Part shown: piece after piece, positions 6,746-15,593 of the stretch
How the letters are laid out: each line of letters begins with the position of its first letter
Position numbering within the stretch: position 1 is the first letter of the stretch
The notes under the pieces: generated by a model
What the model saw: the letters and a program-made list of their open reading frames with translations, nothing else
Told to the model about the DNA's origin: nothing
The model's database searches: none
Origin: Flavobacteriales bacterium
GTDB taxonomy: Bacteria > Bacteroidota > Bacteroidia > Flavobacteriales_F > PHOS-HE28
Direction: 5' to 3'
DNA length: 64,000 bases
Assembly: GCA_017987895.1 (NCBI GenBank)
Contig: JAGNSU010000003.1
Location: 22,033 to 86,032, forward strand
Translations under genes and position numbers: made by a program

Positions 6746-9622
6746 ATGTCCGAAACCCAAGAAGAAACATCCGGAACCGCGGTCGCCCCCACGGAGGACA
6801 AGCGCCTCTTCCTCCTCGACGCTTTCGCGCTCATCTACCGCGCCTACTTCAGCTTCATCCGCGCGCCGCGTGTGAACAGCAAGGGCTTCAACACGAGCGC
6901 GGCCTTCGGGTTCACGACGACTTTGTTGGACCTCATCAAGCGCGAGAAGCCCACGCACATCGCCGTGGTCTTCGACACCGCCGCGCCCACCGAGCGCCAC
7001 GAAACGCTGCTGGACTATAAAGCCAACAGGGAAGAGATGCCCGATGATATCCGCAGCAATCTCGTGTACATCCGCCGCATCATCGAGAGCATGAACATCC
7101 CCATCCTCGAAAGCGATGGATATGAGGCGGATGACGTGATCGGCACGCTGGCGAAGAAGGCCGAGGTCGAAGGCTACACCACGTACATGGTCACGCCCGA
7201 CAAGGACTTCGGGCAGCTGGTATCGGACAAGATCATCATGTACAAGCCGGGTCGCGGCGGTGATCCACCGGAGAAGCTCGGCCCGAAGGAGATCTGCGAG
7301 CGCTGGGGCGGACTTACCAGTCCGGAACAAGTGAAGGACATCCTCGGCCTCATGGGCGATGCGGTGGACAACATCCCTGGCATACCGGGCATCGGCGAGA
7401 AGACGGCGATGAAACTGGTCTCGACGTTCGGCTCGCTGGAAGGTGTGATCGACGGCGCGGAGCAGTTGAAGGGCAAGCAGAAGGAGAATGTGATCGCCTT
7501 CGCGGAGCAGGGCCGCATGAGCAAAATGCTCGCGACCATCAACATCAATGCACCGGTAGAGCTGGACCACGACGCGCTGCACCTCGATCCGCCCGACGCG
7601 ACCAAAGTGCTCGAGGTCTTCAGCGAACTGGAGTTCAAGAACCTTACAAGCCGCGTGCTCGGGGGCCAAGCGAACGGAGCAACCGCTCCGGAAGAGAAGG
7701 CGGCCAGGAAGGGCGCATCGCCAGCAGCGACCGGGCAAGTGGACCTGTTCGGAACGACGGTGGATGCCGAGGGCAACGTCGAGTTGAAGGAGTTCGCGAA
7801 CATCGACACGGTGAAGCACCGCTACTTGCTGGAGGACACGAGCGAGAAGATGTACATGCTGGCGGCGCAGTTGAAGAAGCAGCCACGTTTCTGTTTCGAT
7901 ACCGAGACCACAGGCACCGATGAGCGCACCGCCGAGCTCGTAGGCCTTGCCTTCAGTTGGAGGGCGCACGAAGGCTACTACGTGCCCGTGCCCGCCGACC
8001 GCGCCGAGGCGCAGCGGATCGTGGACATCTTCAAGCCACTGCTGGAGAACGAGGCCATCGGCAAGGTGGCGCAGAACGCCAAGTACGATATCCGCGTGCT
8101 GGCGAACTACGGCGTGGAAGTGAAGGGCCCGCTCTTCGACACGATGATCGCGCACTATCTACTGAAGCCCGATCAGCAGAAGCACGGGATGGACTACTTG
8201 AGCGAGGCCTATCTGGGCTATCGACCGGTGAGCATCGAAGCGCTCATCGGTGAAAAGGGGAGAGGCAAGGTGCAGAGAAGTATGCGCGATGCGGACATCA
8301 ATGCCGTGAAGGAGTATAGCGCAGAGGATGCTGACATCACCTGGCAACTCTCCGAGAAGTTCTCGCCGCTGTTGGAGCAGGATGAAGTGACAACGCTCTT
8401 CAACGAAGTGGAGATGCCGCTGGTACACGTCCTCGCGGACATGGAGACCGAAGGCATCCGCATCGACATCCCCGCGCTGATGCAATTCAGCGAAGAGCTC
8501 GGCGCGGACATCCTCAAGCTCCAGGACGAGATCCACAAGACCTGCGGCGTGCCGTTCAACATCGACAGCCCCAAGCAGCTTGGTGACGTGCTTTTCGAGA
8601 CCTTGAAGTTGGGAGGCGACAAGGTGAAGAAGACCGCGAAGACGGGCCAGTACCAGACGAGCGAGGACATCCTACAGGAACTGAGCAATGCGCACCCCGC
8701 CATCCCGCTCATCCTCGACTACCGCAGCCTGCGCAAGTTGAAGGGCACCTACGTGGACACGTTGCCCGAAGCCGCTGATAAAGACACGCACCGTGTCCAC
8801 ACCAGTTACTTGCAAACGGTGGCCGCCACCGGTCGTTTGGCGAGCAACGACCCCAATTTGCAGAACATCCCCATCCGTACGGAAAAGGGGCGCGAGATCC
8901 GCAAGGCCTTCGTGCCGCGCAACGCCGACTACCAGCTGCTCAGTGCCGATTACAGCCAGATCGAGCTGCGCATCATCGCGCACATGAGCGGCGACCACAA
9001 CATGCAGGAGGCCTTCCGTCACGGGCTGGACATCCACGCGGCCACCGCGGCGAAAGTCTTCAATGTGGACATCGCATCCGTGACCCGCGACCAGCGCAGC
9101 CGGGCCAAGGCCGTCAACTTCGGCATCGCGTACGGGCAAGGCGCCTTCGGGCTTTCGCAGAACCTGGGCACCCCGCGCGCGGAAGCGAAACAGATCATCG
9201 ACGACTACTTCGCCCAATTCCCCGGGGTACGCAACTACATGGACGAAATGATAGGCTTCTGCAGGGCCAACGGCTACATCAAGACCATGATGGGCCGTCG
9301 CCGGTACCTGCCGGACATCACCAGCGCCAACAACACCGTGCGCGCGCAGGCCGAACGCATCGCCATCAACGCGCCCATGCAGGGCAGTGCGGCGGACATC
9401 ATCAAAGTAGCCATGGTCAGCATACATCGGGAGTTGAAGCAGCGCCGCTTAAAGAGCAAGTTGCTGCTACAGGTACATGATGAACTCGTCTTCGATACGC
9501 ATAACAGCGAGACGGAAGAGCTGAAAGTGCTGGTGCGTGATCGGATGCAGGGCGCCATGCGATTGGCCGTTCCATTGGTTGTTGACATGGGCGTGGGGAA
9601 AAACTGGCTGGAGGCGCACTGA
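6746..9622 (+). CDS. polA: DNA polymerase I
   Basis: 958 aa. It has the 5'-3' exonuclease N-terminus (LFLLDAFALIYRAYF) and the family-A motifs DYSQIELRI (A), RSRAKAVNFGIAYG (B) and QVHDELVF (C). Confidence 0.97.
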   Translation: MSETQEETSGTAVAPTEDKRLFLLDAFALIYRAYFSFIRAPRVNSKGFNTSAAFGFTTTLLDLIKREKPTHIAVVFDTAAPTERHETLLDYKANREEMPDDIRSNLVYIRRIIESMNIPILESDGYEADDVIGTLAKKAEVEGYTTYMVTPDKDFGQLVSDKIIMYKPGRGGDPPEKLGPKEICERWGGLTSPEQVKDILGLMGDAVDNIPGIPGIGEKTAMKLVSTFGSLEGVIDGAEQLKGKQKENVIAFAEQGRMSKMLATININAPVELDHDALHLDPPDATKVLEVFSELEFKNLTSRVLGGQANGATAPEEKAARKGASPAATGQVDLFGTTVDAEGNVELKEFANIDTVKHRYLLEDTSEKMYMLAAQLKKQPRFCFDTETTGTDERTAELVGLAFSWRAHEGYYVPVPADRAEAQRIVDIFKPLLENEAIGKVAQNAKYDIRVLANYGVEVKGPLFDTMIAHYLLKPDQQKHGMDYLSEAYLGYRPVSIEALIGEKGRGKVQRSMRDADINAVKEYSAEDADITWQLSEKFSPLLEQDEVTTLFNEVEMPLVHVLADMETEGIRIDIPALMQFSEELGADILKLQDEIHKTCGVPFNIDSPKQLGDVLFETLKLGGDKVKKTAKTGQYQTSEDILQELSNAHPAIPLILDYRSLRKLKGTYVDTLPEAADKDTHRVHTSYLQTVAATGRLASNDPNLQNIPIRTEKGREIRKAFVPRNADYQLLSADYSQIELRIIAHMSGDHNMQEAFRHGLDIHAATAAKVFNVDIASVTRDQRSRAKAVNFGIAYGQGAFGLSQNLGTPRAEAKQIIDDYFAQFPGVRNYMDEMIGFCRANGYIKTMMGRRRYLPDITSANNTVRAQAERIAINAPMQGSAADIIKVAMVSIHRELKQRRLKSKLLLQVHDELVFDTHNSETEELKVLVRDRMQGAMRLAVPLVVDMGVGKNWLEAH

Positions 9623-9668
9623 GCGGGGCCCGTCACGGAGGGACCTTTACCCCACACTGGATCCTACC

Positions 9669-10565
9669 ATGGTATCGAACCGATCATCGTGGCCGCTGTT
9701 GGCCGGCCTCGTGTTGCTGAGCGCTTGCGGCGGCGGGGAGCCCACCGGGCAGGACACTCTGAACGTCCCCTCCACGGAGGACTCCACGGCCCAGGCCGAG
9801 CGGATGAGGAAGACCCGCAACATCTTCTACAACATCCCTTCGCCGATGGAAACGGCCGCCCTGCTCAAGAAGGCGGGTGCGGAGTACGACAAGGACATTT
9901 TGAACGACGTGCAGAACGTGGACAAGTACACCGCCGCCAGCAAGCAGGCCCTGAACCTGGGTATCTATGGCGCGGACCTCAGCTACGCCAGCGTGAACAA
10001 CCAGACGCAGGAGAGCATGTTCTTCACCAGTTGTGCCAAGAAGTTGGCGGACCGTTTGGGCGTGAGCAACGCCTTTGATGATGCCACGCTCGAGCGCATG
10101 GAGAAGAACATGAACAACAGGGACTCCCTGCTCAGCATCATCAGCGAGACGTACTGGACCGTGGACGCCTACTTGAAGGAGAATGAGCGGGACAACATCA
10201 GCGCCTTGATGATCGCCGGTGGTTGGGTGGAAGGGCTCTACATCGCCACGCAGGTCTCCCGGGTGAAGGCGACCCCGGAGCTCAAGCAACGCATCGCCGA
10301 GCAGAAGCTCAGCCTGCACGATCTGTTGGGCCTGATGGAAACCTACGAAGGCACGGATGAGGCGTTGGCCAGCGTGAAAGCCGACCTCACCGCGATCGCG
10401 GCGCTCTTCGAAGGAGTGGCCGAGCCCGCTGCGAGCGCGGAAGTGACCCAAGAGAACGGTGTGGCCGTGATCGGCGCTGCCAGTGCCAACACAACATTGA
10501 GCGATGACCAGCTCCGGGCCATCACCGAGAAAGCCTCCACGGTCCGCAACGCCTATATCAACTGA
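9669..10565 (+). CDS. Hypothetical lipoprotein
   Basis: ATG 9669 gives MVSNRSSWPLLAGLVLLSACGG, which has a lipobox (LSAC). The rest is helical and soluble-looking. The upstream part of ORF 9537 overlaps the end of polA and is rejected. Confidence 0.7.
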   Translation: MVSNRSSWPLLAGLVLLSACGGGEPTGQDTLNVPSTEDSTAQAERMRKTRNIFYNIPSPMETAALLKKAGAEYDKDILNDVQNVDKYTAASKQALNLGIYGADLSYASVNNQTQESMFFTSCAKKLADRLGVSNAFDDATLERMEKNMNNRDSLLSIISETYWTVDAYLKENERDNISALMIAGGWVEGLYIATQVSRVKATPELKQRIAEQKLSLHDLLGLMETYEGTDEALASVKADLTAIAALFEGVAEPAASAEVTQENGVAVIGAASANTTLSDDQLRAITEKASTVRNAYIN

Positions 10566-10573
10566 GCCCCGCC

Positions 10574-11017
10574 ATGATCTCCGTGCGAACCAACTTTGTC
10601 CGTACCGCGCTGGCCGGTGCCCTTTTCCTGTTCGCTGTGGCCGCTCAAGCCCAGTGCCGCAGCTTCGCCAAGAACAAATGCGTGCCGGAGCTGGCCCCCT
10701 ACAAGTTCAACGAGAGCTTCAATGCCGCGCAACTGGCCCCGGGCGAGGAGGCGGAAGTGAACCTCACCTTCTTCAGCGGGCAGGAGTACCGGGTGATGGT
10801 ATGCACCCATCCCATCCTGGGGGAGGTGAACTGGAAGTTGATGGACGCGTCCAACAAGATCCTGTTCGAAAGCCTCGCGGATGCTCCCAAGCGCTTCTTC
10901 GACCTGCGTATGGCCAACACCCAGCAACTCAAGGTGCATGTCTGGGTGCCGAGCAAACCCAAGACGGACATGGTTCATGTGGGCTGCGTGGCCATCATGG
11001 TCGGCTTCAAGGAGTGA
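10574..11017 (+). CDS. Hypothetical secreted protein with 4 Cys
   Basis: Signal peptide MISVRTNFVRTALAGALFLFAVAAQAQC. It starts 8 nt after the lipoprotein gene and is probably co-transcribed with it. Confidence 0.65.
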   Translation: MISVRTNFVRTALAGALFLFAVAAQAQCRSFAKNKCVPELAPYKFNESFNAAQLAPGEEAEVNLTFFSGQEYRVMVCTHPILGEVNWKLMDASNKILFESLADAPKRFFDLRMANTQQLKVHVWVPSKPKTDMVHVGCVAIMVGFKE

Positions 11018-11033
11018 GCATGAGCTCCCCTCG

Positions 11034-11207
11034 CTAAGAGCCTGTTCAAGATCTCTTAGGATGCGATCCAATTTTATGTCGAGGTAAAGCCGGAAGATCT
11101 TCGCGTAGCGGTGCATACAAGAACAATTTCCGGTGAAGCATCGGCGGAAACGGGGCCGGAGCGCGCGGTTGAAGAGATCTTGAACAGGCTCTAAGAACGG
11201 TGGGTTG
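11034..11207. repeat. Element of about 170 bp bounded by 21-bp perfect inverted repeats
   Basis: AGAGCCTGTTCAAGATCTCTT at 11037-11057 is the exact reverse complement of AAGAGATCTTGAACAGGCTCT at 11182-11202. The spacer is 124 nt, AT-richer, and contains the palindrome GAAGATCTTC. Confidence 0.8.
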
Positions 11208-11222
11208 CCACGAACGAAGGAT

Positions 11223-11262
11223 CCCGGTCGCTCGCGGCCGGGATCCTTCGTTGCTGTCGATG
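11223..11262. terminator. Bidirectional hairpin between convergent genes
   Basis: AACGAAGGATCCCGG (11223-11237) pairs with CCGGGATCCTTCGTT (11248-11262), giving a 15-bp perfect stem and a 10-nt loop. Confidence 0.7.
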
Positions 11263-11297
11263 CGTGAGCCCCTTGGTGGCTCCAGCACCGCGTTCCT

Positions 11298-13400
11298 TTA
11301 TTCCTTCGTAAAGCGCGTCACTTGCGCCCGGCCGTTCTGATGGAGCACCACCAGATACATGCCCGGCGCGAGGTGGCCGACCGGTAAGCTGATGCGCTTC
11401 GCACCGGCGATCGCATCCATCTCAGGCAACGTGCCTACCACGCGGCCTTGCGGGTCGCAGATGTCCACGGTGAGGCGACCGCTTTCGCGCAGATCGAGCA
11501 CCAGGTCCGAGGCATGGCGCACGGGGTTCGGCACTACGGCGATGTTGTTCGTGCTGGTGGTGATCAGCTCCGCGAAACCGACCGGTGTACCGTTGATATT
11601 GATGTTGTCCAGAAAGAGGTTGTTACCGCCATCGCTCTGGAAGAGGAACTTGAAACGGAAGTTCCCCACGAAGTAGCTACTGCTGATGTTGTTCACCGAG
11701 GTTTCGGCCCATTGGGCGTCCTGGGTGGGGGTGAACGCGCTGCTCTGGTCGGCGGAGGTGCTGAGGTTGGTGGCGCCATAGAGCTGTTGACGGAGGCTCC
11801 AGTTGTTGCCACAATCGTTGCTCACGTAGAGCCGCAGCAGGTCATTGTTATCGGCGGCATGGCGGGCGAACGCGTAGCGGTAGGTGATGGTGATGTCCTG
11901 GACATTGCTCATATCGAAGGTGGGGCTCACCAATTCATCCTTCTCGTCCACCTCGCTCACATGGTTGTTCAGGCGCACGCTCTTGCTGCTTTGGTACCCG
12001 GTGGTGGCCACCAACTGGAAGGCGCCGTTGCCCCCGAAGTCGAGGACCGCCCAATCGTTGTTAGGCAGGGCCCCGACGTTCTCGAAGCCCTCAGTGAACG
12101 GCGCGGCGAAGCCGGGGTTGGGCAGTACGAGGATGTAGTCGACCTCGTCCGTGCTCACATCCAAAAGTCCGTTGCCTACCGTCAGGCTCACAGGATAGAG
12201 GCCCGGGTTGGTATAGGTGACCACCGGGTTGACATCGGTGCTGGTGGTGGGTGTGCCGCCGGGAAAGGTCCAATCACGCTCGGTCACACCGTGGTAGCTG
12301 ACATCGGAAAAGACCACCGAAGCACCGGCACAGATCTGGCGCACGTTGCTGGTGAACGCTGCAGCGCAAAGCACGTCGTTCCCCGTGGTACCCGTCGCGG
12401 TCAAATTGCTCTGCTGCCAGAGCTGGTTGCGCTGTGCCGTGCTGGAGTTCAAAGCGGAGAGCATCCGGGTCTTCTGGCCCTCGGTGAACATCTTGGAGCA
12501 ATACGAATACTCCATGTAGTTCTCCACATTGTCGAGCGGCGTGGTGCAGGTGTTGCCGTTGAGAGCGCAGCTGGTCCAACCTTCGGTGGGCGGGGTATCG
12601 CTCACATTGTCCGTTTCGCCGCAATTGTCCAGAAGGCCTGGCTCGTTCGTTGGCCCCCAAACGTGCCGGAGATTGATCCAATGACCCACCTCGTGCGTGA
12701 GGGTCCGTGAGCGTCCCACGCTGCTGGTGCCAATGCTGCCGGTATAGTCGTGAAGAAGAACGATACCATCCGCGGCAGCGCCCCATCCGCCGTTCACAGA
12801 GCCCGGCGTTTGCGTGTAACCGGCAGCACCATCAGCGTACGCGCAGGTCCACACGTTCAGATACTTGTTCCGCGGCCACTGGATCAGATCCTTCATATCC
12901 TGTGTGCCATCGTTGGTCAGTGCGCTCACCGTACGGGTGATACCGCTGGTGCATTCCCCGTTGGGGTCCAATTGGGCCAGGCGGAAGGTGATGCCCACGT
13001 CGGCCACGATCCCCAGGAATTCCGGGCGCACGTTGTCCCAGTCGGCGTTCAACTTGTTGAAATCGTCGTTGAGCACCCGGATCGCATCGTGTACCTGCGC
13101 ATCACTGATGTTCTCCACCCCATTGTTGTGGATGATGTGGAACACGACGGGGATCACATAGGTGTTACCGCCCCGTTCCTCCTCACTGAGCGCGGCGTAT
13201 TGTTGGGTAAAAGCTTCCAGGTCCGTTTCGTACTGGGCGATGTCGGCCAGTTTATGCGGATCGTTCTGGTGCAGTGGGGCCAAGTGTTCCAGTCCATGGG
13301 TGGAACACAGGAACGGCGTGTTCTGCTGGGCGCTGGCGAAGAAGCCGGAGATCAGGAAAAGCGCTCCTGGGAGAAGGGATCGCGAGATGCGGAAGTTCAT
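11298..13400 (-). CDS. Secreted zinc metalloprotease (M43/pappalysin-like HExxHxxxxxH) with a PKD domain and a T9SS CTD
   Basis: Zinc motif LTHEVGHWINLRHVWG. PKD-like segment WTFPGGTPTTSTDVNPVVTYTNPGLYPVSLTVGN. CTD VVPNPVRHASDLVLDL..PGMYLVVLHQNGRAQVTRFTKE. ATG 13400 gives the signal peptide MNFRISRSLLPGALFLISGFFASAQ. Confidence 0.85.
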   Translation of the reverse strand: MNFRISRSLLPGALFLISGFFASAQQNTPFLCSTHGLEHLAPLHQNDPHKLADIAQYETDLEAFTQQYAALSEEERGGNTYVIPVVFHIIHNNGVENISDAQVHDAIRVLNDDFNKLNADWDNVRPEFLGIVADVGITFRLAQLDPNGECTSGITRTVSALTNDGTQDMKDLIQWPRNKYLNVWTCAYADGAAGYTQTPGSVNGGWGAAADGIVLLHDYTGSIGTSSVGRSRTLTHEVGHWINLRHVWGPTNEPGLLDNCGETDNVSDTPPTEGWTSCALNGNTCTTPLDNVENYMEYSYCSKMFTEGQKTRMLSALNSSTAQRNQLWQQSNLTATGTTGNDVLCAAAFTSNVRQICAGASVVFSDVSYHGVTERDWTFPGGTPTTSTDVNPVVTYTNPGLYPVSLTVGNGLLDVSTDEVDYILVLPNPGFAAPFTEGFENVGALPNNDWAVLDFGGNGAFQLVATTGYQSSKSVRLNNHVSEVDEKDELVSPTFDMSNVQDITITYRYAFARHAADNNDLLRLYVSNDCGNNWSLRQQLYGATNLSTSADQSSAFTPTQDAQWAETSVNNISSSYFVGNFRFKFLFQSDGGNNLFLDNININGTPVGFAELITTSTNNIAVVPNPVRHASDLVLDLRESGRLTVDICDPQGRVVGTLPEMDAIAGAKRISLPVGHLAPGMYLVVLHQNGRAQVTRFTKE

Positions 13401-13428
13401 GTAACTGGGGGGCCTTTTGCAGGCGTCG

Positions 13429-13436
13429 CGAAGATA
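13429..13436 (-). promoter_or_regulatory. -7 box TATCTTCG upstream of the M43 protease gene
   Basis: The plus strand reads CGAAGATA. The box lies 28 nt upstream of ATG 13400. Confidence 0.4.
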
Positions 13437-13632
13437 ACCGTTCAGCACCCTGCACAGTTCGCCACGAAGTCCACTTTCCGGCCTTTCCCTTGGGTTCCAA
13501 GTAAGGGATCACAAACCTCTGACGATCCCAAGCGGGAAGCGGTCGGGCTGGGCGGTCAGATGGTCGATCAATGAAGACTTCCATAGAGTTTCCGGGGTTC
13601 TCTCCGTGCCTCCGCGTCTCCGTGTGAGCCGG

Positions 13633-14778
13633 TTAACCGATCGCCACCCGCAGATCCTCGATCAGATCTTCGGCGTCCTCGGTACCCACGCTCAGGCGGA
13701 TCAGCGTATCGGCCAGGCCGTTCTTCAGCCGCTCCTCGCGGGGGATGCTCGCGTGGGTCATGCTTGCGGGGTGGCCGATCAGACTCTCCACACCGCCCAG
13801 GGATTCGGCCAAAGCGAAGAGTTTGGTGTTGGAAAGCACGCGTGTGGCATCCGCCATTTGATCGCCCCTCAGGGTGAAGCTCACCATGCCGCCGAAGCCT
13901 CGCATCTGGCGTTTGGCCACATCGTGGTTCGGGTGGGTGGGCAGACCGGGCCAGTAGACCCGATCCACTTTCGGATTGGTCAGCAGGTATTCCGCGATCG
14001 CTTTACCGTTGGTGCAGTGCCGCTCCATGCGCAAGTGCAGGGTCTTGATGCCGCGTAGCACAAGAAAACAGTCCATGGGGCCGGGGGTAGCACCGCTGCT
14101 GTTCTGCAAAAAGGCCAGGCGCTCGTGCAACGCATCGTCCTTCACCACCAAGGCACCTAGCACCACATCGCTGTGGCCACCCAGATACTTCGTGGCACTG
14201 TGCATCACGATGTCCGCACCCAGGTCGAGCGGGGTTTGGAGCGCTGGGCTGGCGAAGGTGTTGTCCACCGCGAGCCAGCAACCCTGCTTGCGGGCCAGCA
14301 CCGCCAATGCGGCGATGTCGATCACCTTCAGCAAGGGGTTGGTGGGCGTTTCGGCCCAGATCAACTTGGTCTGCGGTGTGATCGCGGCTGCCACGTTCTC
14401 CGGATCGCTCATGTCCACGAAGCTGAAGCGGATGCCGAAGCCTTCGTAGATCTTGGTGAACAGCCGGTAGGTGCCGCCATAGAGATCATTGGTGCTCACC
14501 ACATGATCGCCGGGCTTCAGCAATTTGACGAGCGTATCGATGCTCGCCATGCCCGTGGCGAAGCACAGACCATGTGTGCCGTTCTCCAGTGTGGCCAGCG
14601 CCTTTTGCAACGCGGTACGCGTGGGGTTGTGCGTGCGGCTGTACTCATAGCCCTTGTGATCGCCCGGAGAGGCCTGCACGTAAGTGCTGGTCTGGTAGAT
14701 CGGCGTCATAATGGCGCCGGTGGTGGGGTCGGGCTCTACGCCCGCATGCACGGCCTTGGTGCCGAAACGGTGGCTCAT
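13633..14778 (-). CDS. PLP-dependent trans-sulfuration enzyme (cystathionine gamma-synthase/beta-lyase/gamma-lyase family)
   Basis: 381 aa. N-terminus FGTKAVHAGVEPDPTTGAIMTPIYQTSTY. The PLP-lysine motif HSATKYLGGHSDV is present. Confidence 0.9.
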   Translation of the reverse strand: MSHRFGTKAVHAGVEPDPTTGAIMTPIYQTSTYVQASPGDHKGYEYSRTHNPTRTALQKALATLENGTHGLCFATGMASIDTLVKLLKPGDHVVSTNDLYGGTYRLFTKIYEGFGIRFSFVDMSDPENVAAAITPQTKLIWAETPTNPLLKVIDIAALAVLARKQGCWLAVDNTFASPALQTPLDLGADIVMHSATKYLGGHSDVVLGALVVKDDALHERLAFLQNSSGATPGPMDCFLVLRGIKTLHLRMERHCTNGKAIAEYLLTNPKVDRVYWPGLPTHPNHDVAKRQMRGFGGMVSFTLRGDQMADATRVLSNTKLFALAESLGGVESLIGHPASMTHASIPREERLKNGLADTLIRLSVGTEDAEDLIEDLRVAIG

Positions 14779-14812
14779 TCGTCAGGGGATTGGTCCGCTG
14801 TGCGGAGGGTGG

Positions 14813-14820
14813 CGAAGGTA
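14813..14820 (-). promoter_or_regulatory. -7 box TACCTTCG upstream of the trans-sulfuration gene
   Basis: The plus strand reads CGAAGGTA. The box lies about 34 nt upstream of ATG 14778. Confidence 0.4.
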
Positions 14821-14837
14821 GACTTCAATACCTCGCT

Positions 14838-15092
14838 TCAGCCTGCATCCCCCTGGTGTGAGAGGTTACGGAAGATTGGGTTGACTTCGTAAAGCCCTCT
14901 TTCAATTCTGATGAAGTAAGCATTTCCCGCAGAGGCCTTCAAGCCAGGTTTGCTGACAGCATGCTTCCACAAGAAGGCCTTGCTCTTGGTCAGAATATCA
15001 TCACAGTCTGCAACTCGGAATTGGGATGGTATTTGACCAGCTCGCACGCCGTGCAAAATTCGACTGAAGAGAACGCTGCTGGATTTTGACAT
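14838..15092 (-). CDS. Hypothetical 84-aa protein (AT-richer islet, gene 2)
   Basis: ORF MSKSSSVLFSRILHGVRAGQ..NAYFIRIERGLYEVNPIF... It starts 3 nt after the stop of the upstream islet gene. I recognise no family. Confidence 0.5.
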   Translation of the reverse strand: MSKSSSVLFSRILHGVRAGQIPSQFRVADCDDILTKSKAFLWKHAVSKPGLKASAGNAYFIRIERGLYEVNPIFRNLSHQGDAG

Positions 15093-15095
15093 ATT

Positions 15096-15554
15096 CTATT
15101 GGATCTCGACGTCATCTACTTCGCAACTCTTGTCGGTGTGAACGCGAGCCGTGAATTGAACGTCGTGTTCGATATCAAATGCAATCACGGCAAACCACCC
15201 GTCGCCTAAGTAAGCGGCCGTCTGAAAAATCTTGTTCGTCTCCTCCATACGCCTGCGAACTCCATATAGGCAGGACTCAGTTCCGTTGCTTTCTTCAGCC
15301 TCAGTAGACTCTTCAGGTGCGACTTCCTCTTCTAAGGTTGTGCTTGGTTGGTCGGAACCTGATGGTTCCGAATCTCCGGAGGCTGTGGACCCAACGACCC
15401 AACCACCGCCAATTGTAAGGATGCCAATCGTTATAAGCACCCGTGCGCTGGCGTTCCAAGTGTATGCCCCTGACGACCTATCGTATGCTATGCCAATTCC
15501 CCAGACGGCCAGAATGAAACCAGCAATTTTCAGGATCAGTGGAAGATGTTCCAT
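15096..15554 (-). CDS. Hypothetical membrane protein (AT-richer islet, gene 1): 2 TM helices, an acidic linker and a small Cys-containing C-terminal domain
   Basis: MEHLPLILKIAGFILAVWGIGIAY and VLITIGILTIGGGWVVG are hydrophobic helices. The linker is SGDSEPSGSDQPSTTLEEEVAPEESTEAEES. The C-terminus is CLYGVRRRMEETNKIF..HTDKSCEVDDVEIQ. Confidence 0.55.
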   Translation of the reverse strand: MEHLPLILKIAGFILAVWGIGIAYDRSSGAYTWNASARVLITIGILTIGGGWVVGSTASGDSEPSGSDQPSTTLEEEVAPEESTEAEESNGTESCLYGVRRRMEETNKIFQTAAYLGDGWFAVIAFDIEHDVQFTARVHTDKSCEVDDVEIQ

Positions 15555-15570
15555 GAGTTTGATTTTCAGT

Positions 15571-15578
15571 CGAAAATA
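15571..15578 (-). promoter_or_regulatory. -7 box TATTTTCG dedicated to the islet
   Basis: The plus strand reads CGAAAATA. The box lies 16 nt upstream of ATG 15554 and directly after the stop (15594-15596) of the upstream gene. Confidence 0.45.
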
Positions 15579-15593
15579 GCGTTTGATTTGGGG

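Noticed and set aside
6731-8155. 474-aa ORF antisense to polA
   Set aside because: It is a GC-rich antisense artefact. The product is Arg/His/Val-rich with low complexity, and polA on the sense strand is unambiguous.
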